Shown piece by piece: positions 13,636 to 27,595 of a stretch of DNA of 64,000 nucleotides. The notes under the pieces are model-generated. The model was not told the origin of the DNA, ran no database searches, and saw only the letters and a list, made by a program, of their open reading frames with translations. How positions within the stretch are numbered: position 1 is the first letter of the stretch; every line of letters begins with the position of its first letter. This DNA comes from Atractiella rhizophila. Its lineage: Eukaryota. Position numbers and translations under genes: made by a program. Where the stretch lies: positions 1 through 64,000 of the forward strand of contig MU271304.1 of assembly GCA_021432655.1 (NCBI GenBank), in the 5' to 3' direction.

Positions 13636-14601
13636 GATAACCACCACTTCTATATCACTCTTTCTGTGAATAGTTTTCGTAAATCAGATATAACGAAGAA
13701 GAACTGTAGATCACGTGATGAAGGAATCAGAATCCGACGCTTTGACACATTGACACAAATCGGAAAGTGCACGAACAGCTCTCTGCCAAGACAAGAGAAT
13801 CTGAGACGATGTCAAGTGATCCTCAACTCAACGTATTTACCAGCGCCTTCTTCGCTCCACAGCCACCTCAACGGCGCGGCTCCCATCACGTCCCAGCTTG
13901 CACACCCAGTTTCGCATTGCTGGCAAGGGAGCCGCCTGCACTTGGCTGAAGAAAGGATTCCGCTCGAACAGGCAATAGACGTTCCACTTAGGAGCTACTG
14001 TACCGAAAATCAGGGGAAGCGGCTTTCATGTGAGGAGGCTCCAGCCGAAAGGAAGGACTCCGCCAAGCATCGGAAAGCTCCATGGTGATAGATTGCCGCG
14101 GCAGACTGCATCCCACTGACAAGTGGGCGACGTTCAGGTTCAGGGGAGCTTCGTCGTGAGTTGCGAACCGCCGCAGAGAATGCATCGAACATGCATGGAT
14201 CAAGATTCAAGATTCAGGATGAGAACAAAGAACTTGGGCGATACCGCCCACTCCTTTCACCTTGAAGCGAACATCTCCCCGAATTATCGACCTCCTCGCC
14301 CTGTCGAACGATTTCCACGGTTATACACCGGTACACTGCAACGAGCTGTCGATTTCAAGCGGTCATCGACACTACCTGCCGAAAATCGTTGGTCTAAACA
14401 GGGGTTTACGAGCACAACGGGAGCCGCTGAGACTTTGTTTTTTGCATAAAAGTGCGTCAGGCCTGTCTGCTGGCCATCTACTTATCTCACTTCTTCCCAA
14501 GTTATTGACTGTTCTTCTAGTTAGCAGTTCCTTGTACACTCTACGGTATACGACTCCTAGACGCGTTACGTTTACGTCAGTACAGACCAACCTGAATCAC
14601 C

Positions 14602-16354
14602 ATGTATCCTTCCAAGCTTTCAATCGCCTTCAAGCTCCTCTCCCTCGTCGCTACCGCACGAGCGACGGTGGAACCTCAGACGTTCGTCAACATCCAGAAT
14701 TCGCCAGGTCAGCTGGGCAAATTCAACGTGTTATCAGGTATGTCTCGTCCGTCTCTCCATAAATACAACACTAATGGATCATATGTGTTTCGATCAGACG
14801 ACGTACGTCTCCTCTAGAGTCTTTCTAGTATAGACAACTAAAACGGAACGAGGCAGCCCCAAAACTTCATATTCGACTTCTTCAATCCATCTTCGCAAGT
14901 GGGCATCTCCACAGGTCTTGATGGTATGTCCCCTTTTCTTCCCTTCCGTGCAAGTTGCTCAGGCTTGTTTGTTACGGTATGATAGGTCGTACAGTAGCGG
15001 CCGACGTCCGTAACTTCCCTGCTCTCATCGGCAACGGAGTAGCGATCACCCTCGGTTTCCTAGGTCCGTCTCCTCTTTCTTCCGTGCAGCCGCACACTTG
15101 AACATGGACGTTCCTGATTCGAGTTGTCGCTTGTGCAGGACCCTGCGGTATGAACACACCTCATGTCCATCCTCGCGCCACCGAGTTCAATCTCGCCATC
15201 AAGTGCGTCTTCTCCCAACGCTGCTACAATAATATTGACCTTGCGTGCGTTTCTACAGTGGCACGCTCCGCTCCGGATTTGTGCAAGAGAATGGAGCAAA
15301 GTTCATAATGCACGACACGCAACCCGGACAGGCTATCATCTTCCCGCGTGGAGCTATACATTTTGAGCAGAACGAGGGCTGTGAGGTCCGTTTCCTCCCC
15401 CTCCTAAGCAGTATCGGTACAAAGAATGTGCACTCACTGAGGGATGGACACAGCCCATGTTCTTTGTCGCCGCATTCTCGAGCGAGGACCCCGGAACGGA
15501 CCAGATCGCCAACACGCTCTTTCAGAACTTGCCAAGTGATGTCGTGTCTGCTGTACTCGGCGGTATTGGCGTAGAAGCTGTGGAGGGGATCGCTTCTATC
15601 ACCCCGTATGCATCTAACCTTTCGGATGGAGCGAGACTAATGCTATGCTGGCGTGTGATTCTGTATTGTAGGAGCAATGTGGCGTTTGGAACGGAGGAAT
15701 GTTTGAAGCGATGTGGTCTCACCAGACCAGGACCTAGTGATCAATGGAACGACCGTACGTCTCCTCCACCGTCTTTACAGCATGGTGATGTTGACGGTTG
15801 ATTTTGTATCCAGTCACAAACAGCCTTGTCGCTTCTACTGCTAGCAGCAGTGGCAGTAACAACCGGATCGCAGGTATCGGTTCTTCGGACTCTACGGGAA
15901 GCAGTAGCTTGAAGATCGCACCTGTTGGAGCAGCGAGCGAGAATTCGGGCAATGGATCGAGTGGGACTAATAAGGTGTTGCTCGCCCTTCTGGTGCGTTT
16001 TTGTTCATCCTGATGGAGAGATAAACAACGTTCGATGGAACGATATAGATTGTCGTCCTCATCTTCAATCTGGCCATCCTCGGAGGAGCCGCCTACCTCT
16101 TCTACCACTACCGCTCCAAGGCTCCAGGGTCCCAGAAGGATTCCACTCGATCGCTCTACTCCGTACCCGTCATCCAAACCCCTACTGGCGCCAATCAACG
16201 TTGGACAACAGCACCCGCGCACAGTCATCGCCGCTCACTCACACCAGAGAGCACGCCGTTGAGGGATGAGAAGTACGATGGACCGGAACGTTTTGATAGG
16301 TCCCCAAGTCCCTCTAGGAGTAGCTTCCATGCGACGCTTGGGGATAAGGAGTAG
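14602..16354 (+). CDS. Spherulin/germin-like cupin with signal peptide, Ser/Gly linker and C-terminal transmembrane segment; multi-exon
   Basis: Germin box GPCGMNTPHVHPRATE and FPRGAIHFEQN. Hydrophobic VLLALL|IVVLIFNLAILGGAAYLFY followed by a cytosolic tail. 5-nt microexon at 14798-14802. Confidence 0.85.
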
Positions 16355-16739
16355 ATGATGCAAATCACTTGTTGGAGTGCGTGTACAGTGTAGTATCATG
16401 TAATGCTAGACAGTGAGGGGAGGATAATGGACCTTTAGATTTCATAATAAATACAACATGGACTTTGTCGCTCTTTATATCACTCATAAGCGCTACGTTA
16501 GACTTCAAGGAACATTAAGAGAATCTGGCGACAATCTACGATGCCACGGTCTCGAAAAATTGTTGTCTATTTGATAACCCAGTCATGACAACGCGGTGAA
16601 GATGAAAGATGCAAAGTAAATACGAAATTAGGTTCGGCTAGCTGTCATGGCATGTCATGGTTGTGAACCTTGTTTAGCAATTGAGACTGTCGAATCGTCG
16701 AGTTTGTGGCTCGAATCTGGATATCTCGCATGATCTAGA

Positions 16740-19700
16740 ATGTCCTCAGCCAGCCTTCCGTCCATGCCAACGGTGCCCAAGAAGCGACGAGCTGGTTCGA
16801 TTGCCGTTGCCAAATCTGCCTGTGTCAGCTGCAAACTCGCCAAGGTTCGTGTGGGCTTCACACCCCCCGCTCTTTTCTCGTGGTTAAACACTACTGATAT
16901 GATGGTTGTCGCTCAGCGAAAGTGCGTGCGCGATAACCCAGCGGAGCCTTGCGTGGCTTGCGCGCAGAGAGACACTCAGTGCATCTCCACTGGTCCCGAC
17001 CACACCCAGTCACGCTCAGCCTCATTCGCGGTCTCGAGACTTGGACCGAGAGAGAAGAGGACGGGAAAGATCCTCGCGACAGCGCAGATCATCTACGGAG
17101 ACTCGTCCTCATACCTTCCATCCAGCTCAATCGCCGGTCCGAGTAATAGGGCCAACAATAATCTCGTTCTCAGCAATCTTGCTTCGACACTCGCTTACGA
17201 ATTGCTCTCCCATTCATACCTACAGTGGCCATACCCTATATGTATGCTTTTGTTTCTTCTCGCTGAGCATCCGTTAATCTCACTTGCGTAGGTAATAAGT
17301 GAGATTGATATCTCTATTCCACAACTTTCCGCTCACTCATGAATGAAACCTTCCAAGGATATATCCAAACCTCCCCGCTCTCTTCGAAGCAAAGGGAAGA
17401 GACGCATCTAAAGTAGGCAAATATGCAGAGGTCTGTCCATCTTGCTCTCCTTGCATCTTGCTCATTCCAGTTGCTCCCGCAGGTTCACGTTGCTGTCCTA
17501 ATCGGTAGAGTTGCTTCTTTGAATCCCACGCCCCTGAACTGAATGAGCAACCTCTCATTCGCAGCTCACGCCGCGCGCACCATCTCCCACTCGGTGCGTC
17601 TCAGTAGGACTTTCCCGCAGCTTCTGACTCGATCTCTGCCCAGGCGCTACTTGGACCTCTGGCTTTGAAAACTCCTCCGCGGCTGTCCGGCGACCTGCGA
17701 CAGTTTGGCAGACAGCGAGAAGCTGCGATGCAGAACCTCTTGACGCGTGCTCTCAGGTTGTGCGATTATTCTGGGGCGCTCGAAGAAGCTTCTGTGGAGA
17801 GTGTGGTGACTTTGTTGGATATCGCTAGGATCATGTGGCGTATGTCCTTTCCCCTTTCCTTTTTCTCTTTATTGACATTGGACGCCTGGTAATGAAGGCG
17901 ATAATCCAAAGATCGCCTCAAAGTATTTTGACTACGCCCTGCAGCATTTCAGGACGATTTATCGAGACCAAACCATCGAATCTTCCACTCGACATTTCCT
18001 GCACCGAGTAAGTTTATTTCGTTCGTTCAGATTTAGATTGATGTCTCTCAACAGACATGCGCGCAATGGCTCTTCGTAAGCCTGCTTTCTGCTTTCTCTC
18101 TCCCCAGTTCATCCTCCTCGACAGGTCGCCGATGTGCGGATAGCGGTGCATTTGCGTCGGATGCCTCTAATAGGGGACGAAGAGACGGTGGACCTATTCA
18201 ACAGCCTTCCGATTAACCCTCGCCTGTTCCTCTCCCCCGAAAGTCTGCAGCAGCTCGATCCAGAAACGACAAGTGAGCATAGGGAATTGATCAAGTATGC
18301 TTCTAGTCAGGCTCTCGATAGATCTTATGCTATTGCTTGTTCGTATTTCCTTCTTACATGGAAGCACAAGCGTTCTGATTTGGCACGGTGATTGCAGCCG
18401 TCGTCTTGAAGAATTGTCCGCAGAAGGAGAAGGAGAAGATATTGCAGACGATGATGGACAGGTTTCAGCGGTACCATCGTTGGAATCGGCTGAACCGAGA
18501 GTTCGCAGTGTGGGAAGTAGGGCCACAAGAAGTTCGTACTTTCTCGTTTTGCCAGCCTATATTTCTCAAAAAAATCGTTTAGGCACAAGTCGAGTGGGAA
18601 GTCATTCAGGATCAAGTCGACTATGATTCCACGTACACTTCCCACACTTGCTCCTGCGTTGATGCTGATGAAATGGCGATGTGCGCAGGTTGTTTATGTG
18701 GTTCCAAGTCCTCTCCGAACAACTTGACAAGTGCCCAACACCAGCTTTACAAAAGCTATACGACGCACACAAGCCCCGAGTGCGGTCAGAGATAAACAAG
18801 ATCAGTGGGTGGTTGACGAAGCGACTACAGCAGGTACTACATTTAAGAACATAAAGGTGCGTTGCTGACGAGAGACTTTGTCAGGATCCCCCTGGCATCC
18901 AAGGTTTCTCAGCTACTCAGTTTCGAGCTCTGTGCGATATATTCGATTTTCTCCCAATCGACTTGTTGGTGAGATTAGCTGCTGAAACGTCACCATCTCC
19001 CGTGAAGGCGAAGAGTCTACAAGGGATCAAAACAGCGAAGATGGCACTGGGATTTTTCGGATCGAAGGTGGGCTACTCTCACCCGATTGCAGCACAGATT
19101 GATGCCATGCATGTAGTTTGCCGAAGATGTTGCAAGTCTGGAACGCGCAATGGACAGGTTTTCCCTTGTCACCACGCCGGTTCGTTTCCTTCCACAACTA
19201 ACCCGAGACCTGAGCTCAACCACCAATATCCAGTCGTCAAGCGATTCGTCCCCCCGAGCGCCAGCTTTGATTCCCACGCACCCACTTCCCTCCCCACCGA
19301 ACACTATCTCTCCAGGCTCACAGCAGATGCATTCATCTCCTCCTACTTCTCTCCCTACCTTTGACCAGCAACAACAACCGCAGCAACTGCATCCATCTCC
19401 TCCTCCTTCATTTGGTCAGCATCAGCAACAGCAAGTCCCGCCAGTCCACCTATCTCCTCCTACTTCTATACCTACTTTCAACCCGCAACAACAACAAATG
19501 CAGCAGCTGACATATATCACGCCTCCCCGAGATCCTTCAACATCCCTCCATCCCTCCCCTCCGCATGTCCCTTACTCCTCTGCACCTGCCGCAGTGGCGT
19601 ATACGACCAATCAACCTTCAATCTCATATCCATTTCAAGGTCAACCTTCTCAAGCTCTGCCTCACAGTCAGGTTTTCTTGCATGACCCTCAATGTTTAGG

Positions 19701-20712
19701 AGCACCGACAATCGCTCCGCGTCAATCGTTTAGCAACTTGTATACCTACGTCAACAATCCTTCTGGGGCACCAACACATGGCAACCCCTACTCCTCCTTC
19801 AATCCTCCACAACCTCTTAGCGATCCTGTCCAGAGAAACGCATACGACCACGCAGGCACCTTGCAGTCTTCGAATCAAGCAGCTGGTTTCTCCCTGCATT
19901 TATCCTCGGTTGCGGAGGAACCAACCTTAGGTTACAATTTCTCGGCAGCACCATACGATCCTTCGCAATCACTTGCTACACCAACGACTTTTACCCCCTA
20001 TGCGATTGGAACCGAGGAAGGGGACGCCCCAATCAACTACATACCCAGCTCAACGCGCTTTGGCCCGTCTGATTACCCCCAGCCAGCGTTGGATCAGTCG
20101 CAGTATCAATATCAGTACCAGTATCAGTACCAAAATGGGAATCAGCCTGAAGACGTTTTGACTGGCCATCAGACCACGCACGCCTTCCAAGGTAATTCTT
20201 CTGGCAGCAGTACTGGATATCCGGCTTCGAATCAATATCAAGTTCCTTCTGGCAACGTCTCCGAGCAGCAATACCAACAATCAGGATACTCGAATCCGCC
20301 GTCGTTCCCTTCCAGTTCTTCCGCTCCATTTAAACAGTACCCCAGCTATCCAGCCCAGCCACCTCTGCCGTCTACCACTCTTTCCCAGGCTTACTATACG
20401 CCAAACGTCTACGTTCCTTCTCCACAGGCATCTTCAGCTTCGGCCAACCTGCACGATTACTACGGCGCATTCAACCAGCAGCATCCGTCAGTAATGGCTA
20501 CCACTATCGACGCTACGTCGTCTTCTAACGATGGATCATACTACGGCGGTCCGGCCAACGGAATGCAACCTCCAACAGTCCTGCAGCAGCCTTTTTCTTT
20601 TCCGGAGATGGAAGATGATCCAAATGCAAGGACGGAACAGCAAAGGATTGCAAGCCAGATGGTCGAAAATATCTTGGCTGATATCGCTAGGAATGGGGCT
20701 GCTTCTCCATAA
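16740..20712 (+). CDS. Zn(II)2Cys6 transcription factor with long Q/P/S/Y-rich C-terminus; multi-exon, internal exons approximate
   Basis: KSACVSCKLAK|RKCVRDNPAEPCVACAQRDTQC. Long low-complexity terminal exon (ORF 19150..20712). Confidence 0.82.
20101..20133 (+). repeat. Coding hexanucleotide microsatellite (CARTAY)n encoding QYQYQYQYQYQ
   Basis: cagtat caatat cagtac cagtat cagtac caa. Confidence 0.85.
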
Positions 20713-20976
20713 AACTTATGTTAACTTCCTGTCCCTCGTTTCCTCACCACATCTTTGGCAGCCTTTTTCTTAAATTCAGTATTTTTGTGACTGAAGATAG
20801 TGAAATGTTCGAGTAAAAGCAATTTCGCCACTGGATGTTTATTGGTGTTTTTATGCTTTAAAATATCGCTCGCAGTCTTTCCGGCTCTTTTGTTCGTCTT
20901 GCTGGCTGTAAGTTATACTTCTGGAGCTTGGCGCACAAATATACCAATATCAAGCTCGTCATACCCACTACATACA

Positions 20977-21931
20977 CTAACCCACAGCCTCCGTCTGGAT
21001 TCGCTCCAGCTCCTTTTCAAACAGCGTCTTGTGAAATATCCCGTCGACGTCGAAGAATGCGTTGAAGGGCTTCTCGAAATCGATTGACTGTTGCCGTAGG
21101 AGCGTGTTGCCGATATTGTTCACGCTTTTGTATGTTGTATTGAGAGAGTACGAGGGGCAAGGCGCGAGGGAAAGAGGATGCGGGCGTGTCCAAGGAAGGA
21201 GAGGGAAGGAAGGGACTTTTGCGACTTTGGAGGACACGGCGAGGGTCTCGAGTTGTATCTGTGGTCTCACAGTGAGATAGATTGGCTAAGAGAGTGGAAG
21301 AACAGACTCTAGAATTGACGAAGGTTTTGCGGTTACCCAAGAAAATGTTGTCGCCTTCGACATAAGTGATATATAATCCGAGAAGGGAAGAAAGGATAAC
21401 ATAACTGTCCTCCATTCAGCCTTATTCGAGGAGAAATCTGGTAAAAGAGACATACATAGCAACACACACTCCCACAATCAACTTGCTCTCATGAAAAGGA
21501 GTCATGTATCCGTACGCGCTCCCTCCAGTGCCAATGATCACGGCCGTCCATCCCAGCACCAATCGGACGTCTGTGTGCCGATAGGATCGGTTGAAGTTTC
21601 CTGACCGTGCAAAGTACTATTCCCGTTACTTTCAGCACATGGAGTTCTAACGGGCACCACCAGGCGATAGAAGCATAATCACCTCTTTGACGGCATCGTC
21701 GCACGCGTTCTTCAGGTCGGCAAGATTGCGTATATTCACTTTTATCGTTTCTTCTGAACTCCTAGATGAGGCCTCATTATCTTCACCTGCCAAGTAACAC
21801 GACACAGCAACCTCACTCTATCACCCTTCCTTGGCAACAAAAGGACACTCACCTTCCTGACCTCCAACCAGTGTGGTGTCCTCTACCGCTTGTGCACTTT
21901 CCCCAGCTGATTTCACTTTCTTCTTAGCCAT
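20977..21931 (-). CDS. SPC2: Signal peptidase complex subunit 2 (SPC25 family); multi-exon
   Basis: SYRHTDVRLVLGWTAVIIG...PFHESKLIVGVCV...YVILSSLLGLYITYVEGDNIFLG...KPFNAFFDVDG. Confidence 0.82.
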
Positions 21932-22342
21932 AGCTCTTAGCAGCTTGATTTCAGGACGTTTCGAACTGGCGACCTAAAATCTACACTAAATGCTGGGGTC
22001 GTAGATGCTTGCACAATTGTGTGTGAATATGCGGTGGAATTTGTGGTCACGACGTGTCAAAAATCCGACCGCAGAGGAAGTTATGTTTGTTTGAGATCAC
22101 TACATCTGCTTAATAGGGAACGGGACGTGAAGAGCCGAAATTATGATTGATATTGAAACAAGGTGAAATACAAAATGATGGGAATCTTGTATGTTAGGGT
22201 ACAAATCGAATCATAATTAGCTATAAACCCAAGGACTTGCGATTCAAGAACGGCAGACAAGCCAACCGATTAAGGAGTCAAAGAGTCAAGTAACCAGGCA
22301 CCTCTGCTACACCAAAAGACTAAAGAGAAGAAGATGAATCAT

Positions 22343-25300
22343 TCAAGACGTGTTGTAGACCAATGAGTTTCGAAGGACTCGGATGATCCCTGTCTGATCG
22401 TCCGCAATCACGATGATGGCATCTTCAGCTGTCGCTGCTTCGCCTGGTGCTGGGAGCTTCGAGGATCGCGACGACGGAGCAAAACGAGGATCGCCTGCTT
22501 TCGCGAGGTGCTGATATGTACGATGCGGAGCAAAGATGGCGCAAGTGGTGATGTTGGAATACGCTACACCATCCCCATTCGTATTAATGGAGCTGTTCTA
22601 GTAGGAAATGAATGAAGGAACACACCTGGAAACGCTTCATACGAAGATTTATCTCGCTTTTTAAAATTCCAGCTTCGGGAATCACCAATCTTTGATTCCC
22701 AAAGATACACCCACTTGTCTTCAGAACCGCTGATCACAAAGCTCGCACCATCGCTGAAGGTGGCCTGCGGGAATAATGACATCATTTGAAACGTTTTCTC
22801 AGGAAACAAATCTTCTTACCTTGATCTGCGCGCTCGTCAGGGTATGTCCTTCATACTTCTCCTCCAGACTCTTGTCTGCCAATGAGTAAAGACGGTGTTT
22901 GGAGTCGTTACTCGTGATAAGGATTCGATTGCCATCTGCTGGCGCAATATGCGTAATCTTCCTCCCCTTCTCCTCCTTCTTCGACTTATTCCCTTTATCG
23001 CCCTTCTTCGCATTCTTCGCCATTATCGAAGTGTTCAATTTGAGACTGTCTGATTCGAACAGCATGCATTCTCCTGTGAACGTGCCCACGCAGGCGAGGG
23101 ATCCGTCGTTAGTAAAGTTTACGCAGGTTATCAATCCAGGAATTTCAGTCCACAGATGTACTTTCTTCTCTATTCCCACGTATAACGTGTGAGCGGATGG
23201 AAAGAAGAAAAGGCACAAGTACCTGGAATATTCCACAGACGCAACTTGGCATCTAGAGATCCGCTGATGAAGAAGCGGTCATCGCGAGGGTCTACAAAGA
23301 GTTCAGTGCGGGGGAGGACAATGCGAGAATGTATGCTCACGGAAAGCGATGGATGTCACGAAATCGCGATGCAGGAAGGTCGCGAGACATGTGTTCTTCG
23401 TCACATGGTACAATCTCACTGTATTATATGGTATCAGCTTTTTCAAAGTGCAAGGATGTGCATAATGACGTACCAGTCTTGTCCATGCTGGAGCTGAGCA
23501 AGAAGTTATTCTTGCTCCAAGCCAAATCCAAGACATCCTGGGTATGATCGGCGAAGCTGAGGACAGGAATGGGGTGAAAGATGGGCATCACGTTACTCTT
23601 GCCAGTATGAGGATCGACCAGAGACTCGTCCCTCTCCGCCGGATCAGAAAGAACCTCGTATATCCTCACGACACCATCGTGTCCGGCAGTAGCAAGGAAC
23701 CTTCCGTCCAACGAGAACTTCATCGCCCATATCGCCTTCCCCGTCTTCACGCTCGGCCCTCTTGCGCTCCCATTCACACTCGTTCCTTTCGACGAAGACG
23801 CCGTGTTCGCCCTCGCACCGTGTCCGTGTCCGCTCTCAGAGATGGGGACAGCAGACGCTGGTCCATGACCAGGTTCGGAGCGCTGAGTGCGTGCAGGATG
23901 ACTTTCACTTCTTCCACGCCCGGTGTGCCCAACCTCAGATTGTACACGACCATGGCCGGACGTTGAAGGGTTGTTGGAGGCGAGAGAATCGCTGGATGGC
24001 TGTCGGTAGATGGAAGGAGGCGCGTTGATGTTTGGCAGAGACATGATATTGAGCTCTTGGGCCAGAAAAAGCCTGTCGAAATCTTTCTTGCTCTTGTTCT
24101 TCGACCACGTCTAAGCCGCCGTCTCAGTTAGCGAGCGCGAGATGGGAGGAAGGGAAAACGAACCTTGATATACCGGACCTTGTCATCCTTACTTCCCACA
24201 CTCTTCGTTTGGCTCGTCTGCGTTGACGTTCGATTGAGTTTCGTTGGCTCAAAGGACGAAGAGCTTGACTTGTTTCCCATGCGGGAAAAGAATCCTTTCT
24301 TCTGAGCGGCCGCTGGACTCTTGTTCGCCAAATTAGGCATAGAATCGTTCCCACTGCTGGCCATGGACGCTGGACGCTGAGAGACGGGTGTAAGTCCTAG
24401 ATTTGCAGATGCGGCCGGGATCTTCGCTGCAAGTTGTGAAAGGGAAGGGGCGGGAGCAGAGACGCGACGCGTGCGGGACGACTCCTGGTCTTCTGATGGA
24501 GTCAAGTTGGTCGTCGAACCTGGGGCCGTGGTTGACTTGGACGGTTGAGGTGGAGCAGACGAGGGAAAACGAGAAGGGATAATCTCGGGGCTCAGGTGGG
24601 TAATGGAGCTTGAAACACGTCCGTTTTCCTGGCCGGGCGATGACGATGTTCTGCCAGCCGGGGATGCATGCGTTTGCGTTGCGTCTGATATGGATGTGAA
24701 CCGATGGAGACCGGGAGTGAGAGGTTGAGGCGAAGGCATGGGTGTCATGAATACTTCTTCCCCTCCCCCTCCCGTGCTTCCCGTTCCTTCTCCAGTGACT
24801 TGATCAATCTCTAGATTCATGCTCTTCCTATCATCTGCTTCCTCCATTTGCCTTCCACTTCCAGTAGCGCTGGTCTTCCGTCGTCCAGTGTCGGGAGTCA
24901 AGCTTGAGAGTTTCGGGAGGGCAGAACCGATGGACCCAATGGCACTAGACACCGTCCCAAAGCCAGGTATAGAGGAGAAACTGAACCCCTCGCTTTCTGC
25001 ATCCGTTGCGCCTGCGCGATTAGAACTTCCCAACATCAATCTTTGATTATAAGCAAGTGGGGATCCAGGAGAGCTGAGAACAACAGCCGGAGAAGCATCC
25101 GACCCCTCTAACAGCTGCCTTCCGTTGGAAGGTGGGGTGTTGGCGCTCGACGTCCGACGATGTTGTTGACCCGGCCCCCTCTGAGTGCTCGACGGTTTCG
25201 CTCTCCCGAACTCTGTGACGCTCGAGACTCCCGCGATGACCCCTTCCTTTATAGGCTGAAGAGTGACGAACGACCTGACCCATGATACTAAGCCCGTTCC

Positions 25301-25528
25301 CTCTCCATGGCCCGATTCGCTCGCGCTTTTCTCCAGCATGTCAGACCTCAGAGCTCCAGGAGGCGCTCTGGGCGTATCCTCTGGTGGCTCCTCATCGTCT
25401 GAGGCAGAAGTGATGCTCGAGGAAGCGGATGGAGTCCTGGAGTGACGCGGACGGGTCTCTTCGTCCGTTTGGAGGCTGGAGAGGGACGGTCGATTTGGGA
25501 TGTGGGCGGTTTGAAGCTGGGTGGCCAT
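22343..25528 (-). CDS. WD40-repeat protein, WDR44-like, with long disordered N-terminus; multi-exon, start approximate
   Basis: AIWAMKFSLDGRFLATAGHDGVVRI, HTQDVLDLAWSKNNFLLSSSMDKT, FLHRDFVTSIAF, ILITSNDSK, ATFSDGASFVISGSEDKWVYLW. Confidence 0.88.
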
Positions 25529-25938
25529 GGATGTCGCATAAGATCCCTGGACGGCCTGAACGAAGGTGTTTTGAGGGAGAACCGTCGTCAAGAGTCAGGC
25601 TGGGTTTTGTGAACTCGTCGTTTCAACAGCAGCCCGTTCGCGGTTCGCACCGCGGTTAGGGATTTTAGGCGCATTACGTCGGCTTTTCTGCGGGCAGCGG
25701 CACCGCTCATGCATGATATTCCCTTAGAGCCAAATACTCAATTGCCATCACGTCGGTCCTTTCCTGGGTCCTTACAAGTCGTCGGTAGTCACTTGTTACT
25801 TACCATTGACAAATGCAGAGCTGTCAACATGTCATGTCAAACCCGTCTTACCTGTTCAACGATGTCACCCGTGACAATTAGGACAGCACAGTTAATGGGA
25901 TCCTCTGAAGAGAGCAGAATAGCTGAGAAAATCATCTC

Positions 25939-26408
25939 TCATTTCTTCAGTCGTTCGCTTATCCGCTCATTAATGCTCTGCAACAATCCCCCTCCATCCT
26001 TCGGCTTCTCTCCCTTCTCTTCCAACTGCCTCAAATATTCCTTCTGAATCGCTCTGTTCCTCTCAATCTTCCATTCACCCAATGTCACCACCCAGTTCAT
26101 GGCGAGACAACGAGGGATGGCTCACCTCCTTGGTGTGGAACAGACACTCGTAATAGTCCTCCTTGTGTCCTACGCAGTCCGAGGGCTTCTCAGCTTTCAG
26201 ATAGCATTTCTGGAAGTCTATATTCATCCATAAAATCATCAGTCATAGTTTCGAGGCAGAGGAAAGACTGATGAAATGAAGCGCAGGAAAGAGCACCTTG
26301 CCAGACGGGAAAACAACGCGAAGGGCCTCCGTGAAAAGCTGTTCCCGACTACCCAACGCACTTCAATCCACTAGCCACCTATTAAAGAAGGAGAGAGCTC
26401 ACTGCCAT
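25939..26408 (-). CDS. NDUFS5: Complex I accessory subunit NDUFS5-like (twin CX9C); multi-exon
   Basis: MA|SGTAFHGGPSRCFPVWQ|DFQKCYLKAEKPSDCVGHKEDYYECLFHTKE. Confidence 0.85.
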
Positions 26409-26531
26409 TCTGTACTTCCAGAAGCAAATTGTCAATTTCCTCTTTGCTACTAGAACCCCTTAGCATGCCTTCGCCTGAGGGGCCGATCCTCCCTTCCACG
26501 ACTTCCGCAAGGCAAACTAAACTGAGCACAA

Positions 26532-27595
26532 ATGGCGTCCACGAATGGGTATTCGATACCGGTTCCAGAGACTGCAATTTCTATAGAACCAGATGACGAC
26601 GAGCCAGCGACAGCAGTGCCCCCCAAGTCTCAGTCTCAAGGGGGTGGTGGACCTGGGAAAGGGAAGGAGAGGGAGAACTTGCTGAGTGGGAACATTGGGT
26701 CTAGTCCTTCTGGAGGGGGGACGGGGGGAAAGAACATGCGTCAGAACATTGGAGGTATGTTATCTCCTCTTTAGCTGGTATTTGAGAGTCGGAACGCTGA
26801 AAAGTGTCGCTTTTGAAGGCATTCAAACGGAAACAAGGTACACTGGAATGGACACACTGGACGAGCCAGTCTCTGAAACGTTCATGAGAGACGCGAGAGC
26901 TATATCAGCCAAGATTGTGCAAGTCCTACGGCCGACGAGCCATAATGCCGTGTTGAGGGATTGGGACCTATGGGGTCCGCTTATTGTGCGTCATCTCTTC
27001 TTTTTCCAGTAACACTAGGCTGAGATTGCGGGCAGTTTTGTCTCGCTCTTGCTGTGCTACTGAGCATGAATGGTGTGTTATCCTTCCCGCCCTGGTGGTC
27101 TGAATGCTTAGGAATGGTGTAGCGTCCGGAGAACAGTCACTCTCCATCTTTACAGGTTCGTCGTTTCTTCCCTCCCGCGCTCTCTTACGGACTGTGCGAT
27201 GGCAACAGGAGTGTTTGTGATTGTATGGGTCGGTTCAGTCGTAGTAACAATAAACGCCAAACTGCTCGGCGGCAAAGTGTACGCATCTCCTCCTCTCACC
27301 ACCACCGCCGCCAACATTAACTCTTGAATGTAGCTCTTTCTTCCAATCCCTCTGCGTCCTCGGCTACTGCGTCTTCCCCCTCGACCTCGCAGCGCTCCTC
27401 TCCCTCTTTGTAAAGACCATCTTCATCCGAGCCCCGGTCTCCCTCGCTGCTTTCGCTTGGGCGATCTACGCTGCGGTCAATTTCCTGGGAGGGACGCAGT
27501 TGAAGGATGGGAGGGGAGGAGACTGGAGCGTGCTCGCTGTCTACCCTCTGTTTTTACTTTATTTCGTCTTGGCTTGGATGACTATGCTGAGCTAG
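26532..27595 (+). CDS. Yip1-family Golgi membrane protein (YIPF6/Yip4-like); multi-exon
   Basis: DTLDEPVSETFMRD...LRDWDLWGPL...VWVGSVVVTINAKLLGGK..FFQSLCVLGYCVFPL...LAVYPLFLLYF. Confidence 0.9.

Noticed and set aside
16388..16397. GTGTAGTATC, matching the U2 snRNA branch-pairing region
   Set aside because: The flanks do not match U2, and it lies in the cupin 3' UTR.
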